A stretch of DNA of 64,000 bases from Alphaproteobacteria bacterium (GCA_963555825.3 CAUVXB020000002.1:1120001-1184000), one strand, 5' to 3'; shown: positions 1 to 12,339, counted from the stretch's first letter. The notes: generated by a model not told the origin, from the letters alone. Program-made: numbers and translations.

Positions 1-260
1 TGGCCGCCGTCGCTTCGGATGTTCAGCGCCAGGCTCTTCTTGTTGCGGTTATAGGACATGAAACCGGCCGCCTTGCGCTTGCCGTCGCGCTCGGCGAAGG
101 GGGGCATGGCGCGGCGCGGATCGCCGGTGCCGGGGCGCTCGATCTTGATCACCTCGGCGCCGGCGTCGGCCAGCAGCATGGTGCAGTAGGGGCCCGCCAT
201 GTACTGCTCGAGCCCGACCACCCGGATGCCCGAGAGCGGGCGCTGCACGTCGTCGGCCAT
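1..260 (-). CDS. CaiB/BaiF family CoA-transferase (5' part, runs off window)
   Basis: Reverse translation MADDVQRPLSGIRVVGLEQYMAGPYCTMLLADAGAEVIKIERPGTGD...NRNKKSLAL is a class III CoA-transferase N-terminus. Confidence 0.9.
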   Translation of the reverse strand, partial: MADDVQRPLSGIRVVGLEQYMAGPYCTMLLADAGAEVIKIERPGTGDPRRAMPPFAERDGKRKAAGFMSYNRNKKSLALNIRSDGG

Positions 261-262
261 GC

Positions 263-1513
<1,251 letters not shown>

Positions 1514-1641
1514 GACGCCTCCTGGAAACAAGCAGTTGCCTCGCGGCGAGCGCCGATGGTATTGGGTTTGAGCGGCCGAAGAAAGGGCGTCGGACGCCGC
1601 GTGATATTCGGGTAAACTGGCCAATATCGGGAGAGCATGCG

Positions 1642-2874
1642 ATGACGGCTGTGAACGAGGCAACGGTCGTGGACAACGGGCTGCACGACGTCGTCATCAC
1701 CGCCGACGCCCATGTCGGTGAGCCCGAGGACCTGCGACGCCGGCTGCCCGAGAAGTTCCGCGACCAGCTCGTCGAATTCGGCGTCGACGATGTCGGCAAC
1801 CTCAAATTCTCGCTCAAGGGTAAGCCGCTCGCCGACGGCCCCAAGGCCGTAAACAAGCCGACCGCCGAAGACCTCACGCGCGAATTCCGCACCGACCCGT
1901 CCCAGGGCACCGACATCGACCGGCGGCTGCACGACATGGCGATCGAGGGCGTCGACGGCCAGGTCATCTTTCCCAACATCGGGCTCGGCTGCTCGATGGG
2001 CAGCGCCAGCGCGGACTTCTACCACGCCTGGTCGGTCGCCTATAACGACTTCGTCTGGGACGCCTTCGCGGTCGACTCGGCGCGCTTCAAGCCGGCCGCC
2101 ATGCTCGCCGTCGACGACATCGCGCGCACCGTCGCCGAGGCCGAACGCTGCCTCGAGCGCGGCTTCTGCACGCTGTTCGTACCCGCCGTCGTGCCCTGGC
2201 AACCGTACCGTCTCGCGCTCTACGAGCCGCTGTGGCGGCTCGCCGAGGAAGCCGGCGTGCCGATCAATTTCCACATCTTCAGCGGCAACCTCGCGATACG
2301 TGGCGATTTCGCCAGCGTCGGCGACTTGAGCCAGGACCGCTACGACACGGCCCGTCAATTACAGAAGGGCGAGGAGGAAAAAAGCGAGGAGTTGCTCAAC
2401 ACCGTGCTTGGTCTCGCCGCCGGCATGTCACCGATCATCGATCTGACCGGATCGGGCGTCCTAGAGCGTCACCCCGATCTCAAGTTCGTCGTCACCGAAT
2501 CGGAATGCGGCTGGCTCGCCTGGGTGCTGCAGGCGATGGACCAGCTCCAGGAGCGCCGCTACCTGCGCATGCGCAAGCTGCCGTTGCGCGCCAGCGAGTA
2601 CTTCCTGCGCCAAGGCGCGATCACCATCTCCGACGATCCGGTCGCGCTCAACAACGTCGCGTTCACCGGCACGGACTGCTTGATGTGGGGCAACGACTAT
2701 CCCCACGACGAGGGCACCTTCCCGCATTCGCGCCGGCCGATCGCCGATATCCGCGCGCGCCTCGCGCCGGCCGAGGCGCACACCGTGCTGTGCGGCAACG
2801 CCGCCCGCCTCTACGGCTTCGACCTCGACCACTTGGCGGCGACCAAAGACGCGGTGGGGCGCCACCTGCACTAG
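1642..2874 (+). CDS. Amidohydrolase family protein (Amidohydro_2)
   Basis: ADAH metal motif near N-terminus, [13 protein letters not shown]. Confidence 0.88.
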   Translation: MTAVNEATVVDNGLHDVVITADAHVGEPEDLRRRLPEKFRDQLVEFGVDDVGNLKFSLKGKPLADGPKAVNKPTAEDLTREFRTDPSQGTDIDRRLHDMAIEGVDGQVIFPNIGLGCSMGSASADFYHAWSVAYNDFVWDAFAVDSARFKPAAMLAVDDIARTVAEAERCLERGFCTLFVPAVVPWQPYRLALYEPLWRLAEEAGVPINFHIFSGNLAIRGDFASVGDLSQDRYDTARQLQKGEEEKSEELLNTVLGLAAGMSPIIDLTGSGVLERHPDLKFVVTESECGWLAWVLQAMDQLQERRYLRMRKLPLRASEYFLRQGAITISDDPVALNNVAFTGTDCLMWGNDYPHDEGTFPHSRRPIADIRARLAPAEAHTVLCGNAARLYGFDLDHLAATKDAVGRHLH

Positions 2875-2994
2875 CTCGGCATCGCTATTGCGCGTGCGGC
2901 CTTCTCGGCCGTTAATCGCCTTGGCAAACGGCGTCGAAAAAGGCATTGTGCGGCCGCCGCCGGCGGCCGCCGGCGGTGCAAGCGTGAGTGACGG

Positions 2995-4143
2995 ATGAAG
3001 ATCGGAATTCCCAGGGAACGGCGACATGGCGAGGCGCGCGTCGCGGCCTCGCTCGACATGGTCACGAAGCTGGTCGCCATGGGCCTCGAAGTGGTCATCG
3101 AGACCGGCGCCGGCGTGGCCGCGCTGATCCCCGACGACGCCTTCGCCGCCCTCGGCGCGACGATCGCGCCGGACCTCGCCGGCGTTTACGGCGACGCCGA
3201 CATCGTGCTCAAGGTGCGCCGCCCGCTGACCGTCGACGAGGGCCACGAGGACGAGGTCGACCTGATGAAGCATGGCGCCATCCTGATCGGCCTCTTGAAC
3301 CCGCTCGCCGACCGCGACCAGATCGACTATTACGCGGCGCAGAAGGTCACCGCCTTCGCGATGGATCTGATGCCGCGCATCAGCCGCGCCCAGGCGATGG
3401 ACGCGCTGTCGTCGCAGAGCAATATCGCCGGTTACAAGGCGGTGATCGACGCCGCCGCCTCGTACCGGCGCATCTTCCCGATGATGATGACCGCGGCCGG
3501 CTCGATCGCGCCGGCGCGCGCGCTGGTGCTGGGTGCCGGCGTCGCCGGGCTGCAGGCGATCGCCACGGCCAAGCGGCTCGGCGCCATCGTCTCGGCGTTC
3601 GACGTGCGCACCGCGGCGCGCCAGGAGGTCGAGAGCCTCGGCGCGAGCTTCGTCGAGGTGCCCAGCGAGGAGACCGGCGACGCGGCCGGCGGCTACGCCC
3701 GCGAGATGAGCGACGCGTATAAGGAAAAGCAGAAGCAGCTGATCCACGACACGCTCAAGAAGCAGGATATCGCGATCGCCACCGCGCTGATCCCGGGCCG
3801 ACCGGCGCCGCTGCTGATCACCGAGGCGATGGTCAGGGACATGAAGCCCGGCTCGGTGATCGTCGACCTCGCCGTCGAATCGGGCGGCAATTGCGAGCTG
3901 TCGAGGCGCGGCGAGGACGTCGAGGTATACGGCGTCACCATCCTGGGCCGCGGCAACCTGCCGTCGGCGCAGGCCGCAAACACCTCGACGCTGTATGCGC
4001 GCAACCTCTACAACGTGCTCGATCTGATGATCAACCGTGAGACCGGCCGGCTCGCCGTCGATTGGGACGACGAGATCATCCAGGGCATGATGCTGACGCG
4101 CGACGGCGAGGTCGTCCACCCGCAATTCACCAGCCAGGACTAA
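2995..4143 (+). CDS. pntAA: NAD(P) transhydrogenase subunit alpha part 1
   Basis: RISRAQAMDALSSQ, GAGVAGLQAIATAKRLGA, DLAVESGGNC. Confidence 0.95.
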   Translation: MKIGIPRERRHGEARVAASLDMVTKLVAMGLEVVIETGAGVAALIPDDAFAALGATIAPDLAGVYGDADIVLKVRRPLTVDEGHEDEVDLMKHGAILIGLLNPLADRDQIDYYAAQKVTAFAMDLMPRISRAQAMDALSSQSNIAGYKAVIDAAASYRRIFPMMMTAAGSIAPARALVLGAGVAGLQAIATAKRLGAIVSAFDVRTAARQEVESLGASFVEVPSEETGDAAGGYAREMSDAYKEKQKQLIHDTLKKQDIAIATALIPGRPAPLLITEAMVRDMKPGSVIVDLAVESGGNCELSRRGEDVEVYGVTILGRGNLPSAQAANTSTLYARNLYNVLDLMINRETGRLAVDWDDEIIQGMMLTRDGEVVHPQFTSQD

Positions 4144-4178
4144 TCGATTCTAACCACTAGGGACGCGGAGCGAAAATC

Positions 4179-4472
4179 ATGGAAGTCGCCGTCATCGACC
4201 CGCTCATCTTCCGCTTCACCATCTTCGTGCTCGCCGTCTTCGTCGGTTACTACGTGGTGTGGAGCGTGACGCCGGCGTTGCACACGCCGCTGATGGCGGT
4301 GACCAACGCGATCTCGAGCGTCATCATCGTCGGCGCGCTGATCGCCGCCGGACCACCCGACATGAACCTCTCGAAGATCGCCGGCTTCGCCGCCGTGGCG
4401 CTCGCCTCGGTCAACATCTTCGGCGGCTTCATGGTGACCCAGCGCATGCTCCAGATGTTCAAGAAGAAGTAG
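4179..4472 (+). CDS. pntAB: NAD(P) transhydrogenase subunit alpha part 2
   Basis: [18 protein letters not shown] and NIFGGF..TQRML motifs. Confidence 0.95.
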   Translation: MEVAVIDPLIFRFTIFVLAVFVGYYVVWSVTPALHTPLMAVTNAISSVIIVGALIAAGPPDMNLSKIAGFAAVALASVNIFGGFMVTQRMLQMFKKK

Positions 4473-4484
4473 GCAGGCCAGACC

Positions 4485-5876
4485 GTGTCAGCAGCGAACC
4501 TCTCCGCGATCGCCTATCTGATCGCCGCGATCTGCTTCATCATGGCGCTCAAGGGGCTGTCGTCGCCGACCTCGGCGCGCTCCGGCAACGTCATCGGCAT
4601 CGTCGGCATGGTGATCGCCGTGGTGACGACGCTGGCCGACCCGGGCGTGCTGTCCTATGTCGATATCCTGGCCGCCATGGTGGTCGGCGGCGCCATCGGC
4701 ACGGTCGTCGCGCGGCGCATCCAGATGGCCGCGATGCCGCAGCTCATCGCCGCCTTCCACAGCCTGGTCGGCATGGCCGCCGTGCTGGTCGCCGTGGCCG
4801 CGCTCTATGCGCCCGAGGCCTATGGCATCGGCAGCGCCGGCACCATCAAGCTGGCCAGTCGGATCGAGATGAGCCTCGGCCTGGTGATCGGCGCGATCAC
4901 CTTCTCGGGCTCGGTGATCGCCTTCACCAAGCTGCAGGGGCTGGTCTCGGGCAACCCGGTCAGCTTCGCCGGCCAGCACTGGCTCAACCTGGCGCTCGCG
5001 CTGGTCATCGTCGGTGTCGGCGCCTATTTCTGCGCGACAGAATCTTACCCCGCGTTTTGGACGATGACCGCGCTGGCGTTCCTGAGCGGCTTCCTGATCA
5101 TCATCCCGATCGGCGGCGCCGACATGCCGGTCGTCATCTCGATGCTCAACTCGTACTCGGGCTGGGCGGCGGCGGGCATCGGCTTCACGCTCGAGAACGA
5201 GTTGCTGATCATCACCGGCGCGCTGGTCGGCGCTTCGGGGGCGATCCTCAGCTACATCATGTGCAAGGCCATGAACCGCTCGTTCTTCAGCGTCATCCTG
5301 GGCGGCTTCGGCGCCGAATGCGCGACCGCGGTGGCGGGCGGCGGCGACGACCGCCCGGTCAAGAGCGGCTCGGCCGAGGACGCCGCCTTCATCATGAAGA
5401 ACGCATCCAAGGTGATCATCGTGCCCGGCTATGGCATGGCGGTCGCCCAGGCGCAGCACTCGCTGCGCGAGATGGCCGATCTCCTGAACAACGAGGGCGT
5501 CGACGTGCGCTATGCGATCCATCCGGTCGCCGGCCGCATGCCGGGCCACATGAACGTGCTGCTGGCCGAGGCCAACGTGTCCTACGACGATGTCTTCGAG
5601 CTCGAGGAGATCAACGCCGAATTCGCCAGCGCCGACGTCGCCTTCGTGATCGGCGCCAACGACATCACCAACCCGGCGGCCAAGACCGACCCGGCGAGCC
5701 CGATCGCCGGCATGCCGATCCTCGACGTCGAGAAGGCGAACACGGTGTTGTTCGTCAAGCGCTCGCTGTCGCCCGGCTACGCCGGCATCGACAACGACCT
5801 GTTCTACCGCGACAACACCATGATGCTGTTCGCCGACGCCAAGAAGATGGTCGATAACATCGTCAAGTCGCTGTAG
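4485..5876 (+). CDS. pntB: NAD(P) transhydrogenase subunit beta
   Basis: GGADMPVVISMLNSYSG, PGYGMAVAQAQ, HPVAGRMPGHMNVLLAEA. Confidence 0.96.
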   Translation: MSAANLSAIAYLIAAICFIMALKGLSSPTSARSGNVIGIVGMVIAVVTTLADPGVLSYVDILAAMVVGGAIGTVVARRIQMAAMPQLIAAFHSLVGMAAVLVAVAALYAPEAYGIGSAGTIKLASRIEMSLGLVIGAITFSGSVIAFTKLQGLVSGNPVSFAGQHWLNLALALVIVGVGAYFCATESYPAFWTMTALAFLSGFLIIIPIGGADMPVVISMLNSYSGWAAAGIGFTLENELLIITGALVGASGAILSYIMCKAMNRSFFSVILGGFGAECATAVAGGGDDRPVKSGSAEDAAFIMKNASKVIIVPGYGMAVAQAQHSLREMADLLNNEGVDVRYAIHPVAGRMPGHMNVLLAEANVSYDDVFELEEINAEFASADVAFVIGANDITNPAAKTDPASPIAGMPILDVEKANTVLFVKRSLSPGYAGIDNDLFYRDNTMMLFADAKKMVDNIVKSL

Positions 5877-5895
5877 GGACTGGAGTAAAGGCGAG

Positions 5896-6567
5896 ATGCT
5901 GGAGATTTGGGGGCGGCGCAATTCGAGCAATGTGATCCCGGCCATGTGGGCGGTTGGCGAGACCGGCGTTGCCTATCGCCGCTACGATGTCGGCGGTTCG
6001 TTCGGTGGACTGGATACGCCCGAATATCTCGCGATGAACCCCAATGGCCTTGTACCGACGCTCTCCGACGACGGCCATATACTTTGGGAATCGAACGCCA
6101 TCATCCGCTATCTCGCGGCGAAATACTGCGCGGACGACCTGTGGCAAGCCGACCCGGCTCGGCGTTCGCTGTCCGACAGATGGATGGAATGGGCCAAGTC
6201 TACGGGCGTCGTGGCGACCATGCGCGTGTTCTTCGCCACCGTGCGAACCGAGCCCGACAAGCGTGAGCCGGCCGCCATCGCGAGGTTCGCCGAGGTCGCC
6301 GCCAGAAATTGGCAGTTCCTCGACGCCCAGCTGAGCGGCCGGCCATATCTTGCTGGCGACAGCCTGACCATGGGCGACATTCCGCTCGGCGCTCTGATCC
6401 ACCGTTATTTCCATTTGGATGTGGCGCGGCCCGAGTTGCCCCATGTGAGGGCGTGGTATGACCGGCTCTCCGAACGCCCGGCCTATCGTGAGCATTGCAT
6501 GATCGACTTCGGCGCCAACCCGGCCGAATGGCATGCGCTGGAACGCGCTGGAGCGAACCCGACCTAA
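5896..6567 (+). CDS. Glutathione S-transferase family protein
   Basis: WGRRNSSNV, NPNGLVPTL, WESNAIIRYL. Confidence 0.92.
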   Translation: MLEIWGRRNSSNVIPAMWAVGETGVAYRRYDVGGSFGGLDTPEYLAMNPNGLVPTLSDDGHILWESNAIIRYLAAKYCADDLWQADPARRSLSDRWMEWAKSTGVVATMRVFFATVRTEPDKREPAAIARFAEVAARNWQFLDAQLSGRPYLAGDSLTMGDIPLGALIHRYFHLDVARPELPHVRAWYDRLSERPAYREHCMIDFGANPAEWHALERAGANPT

Positions 6568-6682
6568 TTGATCATCGCCTGGTCGACAGACTGGGCCGGT
6601 TGCCGCCGGCGCTCGAGATACGCTTCGCCGAACTCTCGCTGTCGGCCGGCTTCGCCGGCACAACCAAGGCCCACGAACAACG

Positions 6683-6709
6683 AAAACCGCCCCTCGTTAC
6701 AAGGGGCGG
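6683..6709 (-). terminator. Intrinsic terminator of rpsU
   Basis: On the minus strand, CCGCCCCT..AGGGGCGG hairpin followed by TTTT. Confidence 0.7.
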
Positions 6710-6754
6710 CGCTGTGTCGAGGATTAAGGCGCGGGCGCGGCGCCCGCGCGTCGC

Positions 6755-6964
6755 TTAGAGGTTGCCTTCGCGCTGCGCGCGTTTGCGCGCCAGCTTGCGG
6801 GCGCGCCGAACGGCTTCGGCGGCCTGACGGACACGCCGCTCCGACGGCTTCTCATAAGCGCGGCGCATCTTCATCTCACGGAAAATACCCTCGCGCTGCA
6901 TCTTCTTCTTGAGCGCGCGCAGAGCCTGATCGACATTGTTGTCGCGGACGACGACCTGAACCAA
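6755..6964 (-). CDS. rpsU: 30S ribosomal protein S21
   Basis: [31 protein letters not shown]. Confidence 0.97.
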   Translation of the reverse strand: MVQVVVRDNNVDQALRALKKKMQREGIFREMKMRRAYEKPSERRVRQAAEAVRRARKLARKRAQREGNL

Positions 6965-7073
6965 ATAACATCTCCCGGGTTAACGGTGCGCTTGATAGCA
7001 TAGGCGGACCGGCTTGTGAAGGCCCCAATGGCTGTGAAAAAGCGATAAATTCGAAGGTTTCGAGGGTGAGGAC

Positions 7074-7628
7074 ATGGCAATTCTGAAGATCGCCCGCATG
7101 GGCCACCCTGTGCTCGGCCGCCCGGCCGAGCCGGTCGCCGACCCGACCGCGCCCGAGATCCAGGAACTCGTCGCCGACATGATCGAGACCATGGAGGACG
7201 CCGAGGGCCTCGGCCTCGCCGCGCCCCAGGTCCATGTGCCCAAACGCGTCGTCATCTTCCTCGCGCCGCGCGACGCCGAGGAAGAAGAGAGCGGCGACTG
7301 GGGCGGCCTCACCGTGCTGGTCAATCCGGTCGTCGAGACGATCGGCGACGACCGCGTCGAGCGCTGGGAGGGCTGCCTCTCGGTGCCCGGCCTGCGCGGC
7401 CTGGTGCCGCGCTTCGCGCGGGTCCGCTATACCGGCGTGACGCCGATGGGCGAGGCGATCGAGCGCACCGTCGAGGGGCTGCATGCGACCGTCGTGCAGC
7501 ACGAATGCGACCATCTCGACGGTGTCCTCTATCCGATGCGCATGGACGACCTGACCAAGCTGATCTTCGAGTCCGAGATGCGCCACCGGCCGCGCCCGGC
7601 CGACGAGGAAGAGATCGCGGCGGCCTGA
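7074..7628 (+). CDS. def: Peptide deformylase (copy 1)
   Basis: GLGLAAPQ, EGCLS, HECDHLDG. Confidence 0.95.
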   Translation: MAILKIARMGHPVLGRPAEPVADPTAPEIQELVADMIETMEDAEGLGLAAPQVHVPKRVVIFLAPRDAEEEESGDWGGLTVLVNPVVETIGDDRVERWEGCLSVPGLRGLVPRFARVRYTGVTPMGEAIERTVEGLHATVVQHECDHLDGVLYPMRMDDLTKLIFESEMRHRPRPADEEEIAAA

Positions 7629-7768
7629 TCGATATGCGGTCATCTTTTTGTGCGGTCACCTTCGGTGACCTGCGCTCAATCGCCGCGCATGCTTCTGCCG
7701 AACGGTCGGCGGCCGGCAGTCGCCGGCTGGAAGATTCCGACCGATTTCGATTGGCCGGATTATGCGCT
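7627..7768 (+). repeat. Dispersed MITE/REP-like repeat family 1, copy A
   Basis: Shares GTGCGGTCACC..GGTGACCTGCGCTCAATCGCCGCGCATGC and GCCGAACGGTCGGCGG with 8991-9175 and 29984-30164. Confidence 0.75.
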
Positions 7769-7806
7769 CGACCGGAATCTGCTATCATCGGTGTCGAGGT
7801 GATGTC

Positions 7807-8361
7807 ATGGCTATCTTGAAGATCGCCCGCATGGGCCACCCGGTGCTGAGCCGCCCGGCCGAGCCGGTCGCCGACCCGACCGCGCCCGAGATCGCCCGGC
7901 TCGTCGACGACATGCTCGAAACGCTGGACGACATCGGCGGCCGCGGCATCGCCGCGCCCCAGGTTCACGTCGCCAAGCGCGTCTTCATCTTCCGCGTGCC
8001 CAGCAACGAGAGCGAGGCCGAGAGCGGCGACTGGAGCGGGCTCGAGGCCCTGGTCAACCCGACCGTCGAGCCGCTCGGCGACGAACGCATCGAGGGCTGG
8101 GAGGGCTGCCTCTCGCTGCCCGGCCTGCGCGGCTGGGTGCAGCGTTTCGCCCGGGTACGCTACCGCGGCACGACGCCCGGCGGCGAGGCGGTCGAGCGCA
8201 CCGTCGAGGGCCGCGCGGCGCGCACCGTGCAGCACGAGTTCGACCACCTCGACGGCATTCTCTACCCGATGCGCATGGACGATCTCTCGAGACTGATCTT
8301 CGCTTCCGAGCTGCCGCACCACGGCGCGGCCTGGACCGGCTGGGACAGGGCGGTCGCATGA
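7807..8361 (+). CDS. def: Peptide deformylase (copy 2, tandem paralogue)
   Basis: MAILKIARMGHP start nearly identical to copy 1; GRGIAAPQ, EGCLS, HEFDHLDG. Confidence 0.92.
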   Translation: MAILKIARMGHPVLSRPAEPVADPTAPEIARLVDDMLETLDDIGGRGIAAPQVHVAKRVFIFRVPSNESEAESGDWSGLEALVNPTVEPLGDERIEGWEGCLSLPGLRGWVQRFARVRYRGTTPGGEAVERTVEGRAARTVQHEFDHLDGILYPMRMDDLSRLIFASELPHHGAAWTGWDRAVA

Positions 8362-8993
8362 CCGACACCAAGCTCGACAAGTTGCGCCCCAAGCTGCTGG
8401 CGGCGATCCTCGCCCATGTGCCGTTCGACGGCTGGTCGGACCGGTCCTTGCGCGCCGGCACCGAGGACGCGGGCGCCGATCTCGCGACGCTGCGCCGCGC
8501 CTTCCCACGCGGCGTTGCCGGCGTGCTCGCCTTCTGGGCGGCCGAGAGCGACCGCGCCATGCTCGCCGCGCTCGAGGAACACGACCTCGCCGAGATGCGC
8601 GTGCGCGCGCGCATCGCGACCGCCGTGCGCGCGCGCATCGACGTTAACGCCGGCCACCGCGAGGCGCTGCGCCTGGCGCTCGGCCGCGCCGCGCTGCCGC
8701 GCCACGCACCCGACGCGTTGGCCGCGCTGTGGCGTTCGGTCGACGCCATGTGGCGCGCCGCGGGCGACACCGCAACCGACTTCAACTTCTACACCAAGCG
8801 CGGCCTGCTCGCCGGCGTCTACTCATCGACGCTGCTCTACTGGCTCAACGACAAGTCAGAGGGCTCGGCGGCGACCTGGGCGTTCCTCGAGCGCCGTATC
8901 TCCGACGTCATGCGCGTGCCCAAGGCGCTGGGCCGTCTGAGGGCCTGCCTGCCCGACCCCGAACGCATCATCCGCCGCGCCGCGCGGGGGTAG
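8358..8993 (+). CDS. COQ9 family protein (rpsU-divergently transcribed)
   Basis: HVPFDGWS, GDTATDFNFYTKR, W.FLERRI; location opposite rpsU. Confidence 0.9.
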   Translation: MTDTKLDKLRPKLLAAILAHVPFDGWSDRSLRAGTEDAGADLATLRRAFPRGVAGVLAFWAAESDRAMLAALEEHDLAEMRVRARIATAVRARIDVNAGHREALRLALGRAALPRHAPDALAALWRSVDAMWRAAGDTATDFNFYTKRGLLAGVYSSTLLYWLNDKSEGSAATWAFLERRISDVMRVPKALGRLRACLPDPERIIRRAARG

Positions 8994-9175
8994 AGTATTG
9001 GTGCGGTCACCTTTGGTGACCTGCGCTCAATCGCCGCGCATGCCAATCTTATGGGATCAAGCCGTTCTTGTGGGATCAAGACTGGCCGAACGGTCGGCGG
9101 CCCCCCTCTTGTCCCATATAGATTGGCGCGGGCTGGTAGTATCCGACCGATGCTGATCGATCGGAACATGCGTTA
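8991..9175 (+). repeat. Repeat family 1, copy B
   Basis: Begins TAGAGTATTGGTGCGGTCA at the COQ9 stop codon; same core blocks as the other copies. Confidence 0.8.
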
Positions 9176-9186
9176 AGCGAAGCAAC

Positions 9187-9669
9187 CTACTGCTCTGCCC
9201 TGACACGATCGAAATAGGCGAGATTTTCCAGGGTTTGCGCGCAGGCTTTGGCGGCTTCGGCGCCTTTGACCTTGAAGTGATCACGGAAAAAATTCGTATG
9301 CGCGTCGTGTTCGTGGAAGCGCTGCGGCGTCAGCACGATCGAGAGGATCGGCACCTCGGTGTCGAGTTGCACGCGCATCATGGCGTCGCTGACGCTCCTC
9401 GCGACGAAGTCGTGGCGGTAGATGCCGCCGTCGACGATCAGGCCGGCGGCGACGATCGCCCGATAGCGGCCGGACTCGGCCAGAAGTTTTGCCTGCAGGG
9501 GGATTTCGAGGCTTCCTGGAACCTCGAATACGTCGACGCTGTCGCGCGCGATGCCGAGCGCCGCGAGTTCGTCGATGAACGCGAGGCGCGCCTGATCGAC
9601 GATGTCCTTGTGCCACGTCGCCTGGACGAACGCGATGCGCGGCGTGGTGTGTGGGTGGCTCTGGTTCAT
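9187..9669 (-). CDS. ribH: 6,7-dimethyl-8-ribityllumazine synthase (RibH2-type)
   Basis: WHKDIV, VPGSLEIP, DGGIYRHDFVA (type II signature); upstream FMN riboswitch. Confidence 0.92.
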   Translation of the reverse strand: MNQSHPHTTPRIAFVQATWHKDIVDQARLAFIDELAALGIARDSVDVFEVPGSLEIPLQAKLLAESGRYRAIVAAGLIVDGGIYRHDFVARSVSDAMMRVQLDTEVPILSIVLTPQRFHEHDAHTNFFRDHFKVKGAEAAKACAQTLENLAYFDRVRAEQ

Positions 9670-9757
9670 GGTTGTGCCCTTGCGGTTTGCGACCAAAACC
9701 AGGGCGTACGGGAAACGAGGGCCGGCGGTGCAAGCGGCACGGCGCGACCGGCAGCAT

Positions 9758-9908
9758 CCCGTTCTCTTCCGTCCGGACTATGACCGTCGGCTTCGGAATC
9801 ACACCGAATCTGCTGACCCCGCCGATTGCATCGGTGGGCGCTCGCGGGCTGATGCATCGTAATGCAAATACCGCCGGTGGGGACTTCCACCCCGCCCCGA
9901 GAACGTTC
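9758..9908 (-). ncRNA. FMN (RFN) riboswitch
   Basis: Minus strand GTTCTCGGGGCGGGGTGGAAGTCCCCACCGGCGGT...AGCCCGCGAGCG...GTCAGCAGATTCGGTGTGATTCCGAAGCCGACGGTCATAGTCCGGACGGAAGAGAAC matches the RFN consensus. Confidence 0.95.
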
Positions 9909-9984
9909 GCCGTTCCAGGCCCGATGGGCGCGAAACGACAGGCGACAGTATAGGCCGCAACGCCCGCCGTGCGAGGGTTTTGTT

Positions 9985-10878
9985 TCAGCGCCCGGCGATC
10001 CAAATGCCGGCGAGGATGGCGACGGCGGACCCCGCCAGCGGCCACGTCAGGGGCTCGGCGAGGATGACGACGGCGAGCGCGAGGCTGACGATCGGCATGG
10101 CGAACTGCCAGGTGCCGACGCGGCCGATGCCGCCGGCGCCGAGCGCCCAATACCAGGTGACGTAGGCCAGGAGCGACGAGATGAAGGTGAGATAGCCGAT
10201 GGCGACGACGCCGGACGCACCGACCGCCGACCACTCGACACCGGCCGCCGCGAAGGGCAGCGCGGGCAGCAGCGCGACGCCGCCGATCGCGATGCCCCAG
10301 AGCGTCGTCGGCCAGGTGCCGAGGCTGCGCGACAGCCGGCCGCCGGTGACGTAGCCGACCGAGGCGGCGATGCAGGAGGCGACGATCAGGAGATCGCCAA
10401 ACAGCACGTCCTCGACCGTCTCGAAGCCGAAGCGGAAGCCGATCAGCAGCGCCTCGCCGATCAATGCGATGGCCGCGCCGAGCCACCAGCGGGCACGCGG
10501 TGCCGTGCGCTCGAAAAGCGCCGCGATGAGCCCGGTGAACACCGCCAGCGACGCCAGGATCAGCGCCGCATGCGACGCCGAGGTGTCGCGCAGTCCGAGT
10601 GAGAACAGCACGGGGAAGAGCACGAAGCCGCCGAGCGCCGAGGTCACCAGCAGGGCCCAGCCACCGCGCGTCGCGGGCAGCGCCAAACGCAGCGCGAGCG
10701 CCAGGGGTAGGGCGATCAACGCGGTCAACACCGTGCGCAGTAGGCCGACGACCAGCGCGTCGACCTCGACGACCGCGATCTTGGTGGCGATCGGCGTGCC
10801 TGCCCAGGCGACGATGGTGAAGGCCGCGGCGGCGAAGACGGCGGCGCGGGCGGCGCCCTTGGGCGGTGGCGGCGTCAG
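9985..10878 (-). CDS. DMT/EamA family transporter (start uncertain)
   Basis: About 10 hydrophobic segments in two EamA-like halves; abuts the purE stop. Confidence 0.85.
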   Translation of the reverse strand: MTPPPPKGAARAAVFAAAAFTIVAWAGTPIATKIAVVEVDALVVGLLRTVLTALIALPLALALRLALPATRGGWALLVTSALGGFVLFPVLFSLGLRDTSASHAALILASLAVFTGLIAALFERTAPRARWWLGAAIALIGEALLIGFRFGFETVEDVLFGDLLIVASCIAASVGYVTGGRLSRSLGTWPTTLWGIAIGGVALLPALPFAAAGVEWSAVGASGVVAIGYLTFISSLLAYVTWYWALGAGGIGRVGTWQFAMPIVSLALAVVILAEPLTWPLAGSAVAILAGIWIAGR

Positions 10879-11375
10879 CTCGGGTCGGTCGGGGTTTCGG
10901 GCACCGCGGCGGTCTGCGCGGCGCGCCGGCGGTCGACCGCGGCGGCGGCGTCCGCGTCGCCGATGCCGACGATGGCGGTGGCCAAGAGCGCGGCGTTGAT
11001 CGCGCCCGGCTTGCCGATCGCGAGCGTGCCGACCGGGATGCCGGCCGGCATCTGCACCATCGAGAGGAGCGCATCGAGGCCCTGCAGCGCCCAGCCGGTC
11101 ATCGGCACGCCGAGCACCGGCAGCGGCGTCAGCCCGGCGATCGCGCCGGGCAGCGCGGCGGCGCCGCCGGCGGCGGCGATGATGACCTTGACGCCGCGTT
11201 CGCGCAGGTCCGCGCAATAGGCGGTCATGCGGTCGGGTGTGCGGTGCGCCGAGATGATGCGCACCTCGTGCGCAATGCCGAGCTCGGCGAGGGTGTCGGC
11301 GCAGTGGCGCATGGTCTCCCAGTCGGATTGGGAACCCATGACGATGCCGACGGCGGGATTGGTATCACTGGTCAC
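10875..11375 (-). CDS. purE: N5-carboxyaminoimidazole ribonucleotide mutase
   Basis: [27 protein letters not shown]. Confidence 0.96.
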   Translation of the reverse strand: MTSDTNPAVGIVMGSQSDWETMRHCADTLAELGIAHEVRIISAHRTPDRMTAYCADLRERGVKVIIAAAGGAAALPGAIAGLTPLPVLGVPMTGWALQGLDALLSMVQMPAGIPVGTLAIGKPGAINAALLATAIVGIGDADAAAAVDRRRAAQTAAVPETPTDPS

Positions 11376-11458
11376 GATCTGCTCGCTGGCGAAGTTGCGG
11401 GACGCGCGGCGCGCATAGTAGGGCGGCGCGCCGACCCGGTCCAGAGATCGTCGGCGGT

Positions 11459-11659
11459 CTAAGCGATGATGTCGGGGATGATCGCGTTCTCGAGCACCGC
11501 GATCTCGTCCTTGAGCTGGAGCTTGCGCTTCTTGAGCCGCTGCACGTCGATCTGGTCGAACTCGGGGCTGGTCGCGAGTTCGGCGATTTGCCCATCGAGC
11601 TGGCGGTGCTCCTCGCGCAGCTCGGCCAATCGGTCTTCTGTCGTGCCCTCGTCTGCCAT
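11459..11659 (-). CDS. DUF465/YdcH family coiled-coil protein
   Basis: [30 protein letters not shown]. Confidence 0.88.
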   Translation of the reverse strand: MADEGTTEDRLAELREEHRQLDGQIAELATSPEFDQIDVQRLKKRKLQLKDEIAVLENAIIPDIIA

Positions 11660-11754
11660 GCCGTCCAAATTCCCCTTTTGGTCGCACCGACAGTCTATCA
11701 AATTCCGTCCCAAAGGGGTAGTCGTAGGCAACCAACCGACGAAGGGGGGCGGCG

Positions 11755-12339
11755 ATGGCATCGGACGGCGACGACGGCTTTGCGGCGAGCGAGTTCTGGG
11801 ACTTCACGATCGCGCATTACGGTCGCGCGGGCCTGTCGCCCGCCGTCATCGCCCTGCAGGACCGGTTGGGCGTCGACGTCAACATGCTGCTGCTCTGCTG
11901 CTGGGCCGGATCGAGCGGGCGCGGCGCACTGGGGGCGGACGACATCGTGAGCGCGCTCGCCGTCGCGCGGCCCTGGCAGTCCGAGGTGGTCGAGCCGCTG
12001 CGGGCCGCGCGACGCCACCTCAAGCCGCCGCCCGCCGCGGCGCCCGATGGGCCTGCCGAGGCATTGCGCCGGCGCATCCTCGGCTGCGAGATCGACGGCG
12101 AGCACGTCGCCCAGCTGATGATGGAAGCGACCGTCACACGGGCACCCGACGCCGGCCGCGCGGCCGGCGACCGTCTGACCGACACGGCGGCCGGTCTCGG
12201 CTATTATCTAACGGCACTCGGCGTCGCCGTTGGCGACGCGGACCGGGCCGACCTCGCGACCCTGCTCGGCGCCGTCTTCGAGGATGCCGGGGCGGATGCG
12301 GTGACGGCGGCAGCGGCGGCGGCTAGTCTTTGCGGCTGA
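11755..12339 (+). CDS. TIGR02444 family protein
   Basis: FWDF...Y...[13 protein letters not shown] pattern; usual purE/ubiX neighbourhood. Confidence 0.8.
   Translation: MASDGDDGFAASEFWDFTIAHYGRAGLSPAVIALQDRLGVDVNMLLLCCWAGSSGRGALGADDIVSALAVARPWQSEVVEPLRAARRHLKPPPAAAPDGPAEALRRRILGCEIDGEHVAQLMMEATVTRAPDAGRAAGDRLTDTAAGLGYYLTALGVAVGDADRADLATLLGAVFEDAGADAVTAAAAAASLCG

Noticed and set aside
2995-4472. Split pntA as a pseudogene
   Set aside because: The alpha1/alpha2 split is the normal organisation in Rhodospirillum-type transhydrogenases.
9187-9908. Stand-alone ribH under an FMN riboswitch as a novelty
   Set aside because: Known arrangement for RibH2 in alphaproteobacteria such as Brucella.
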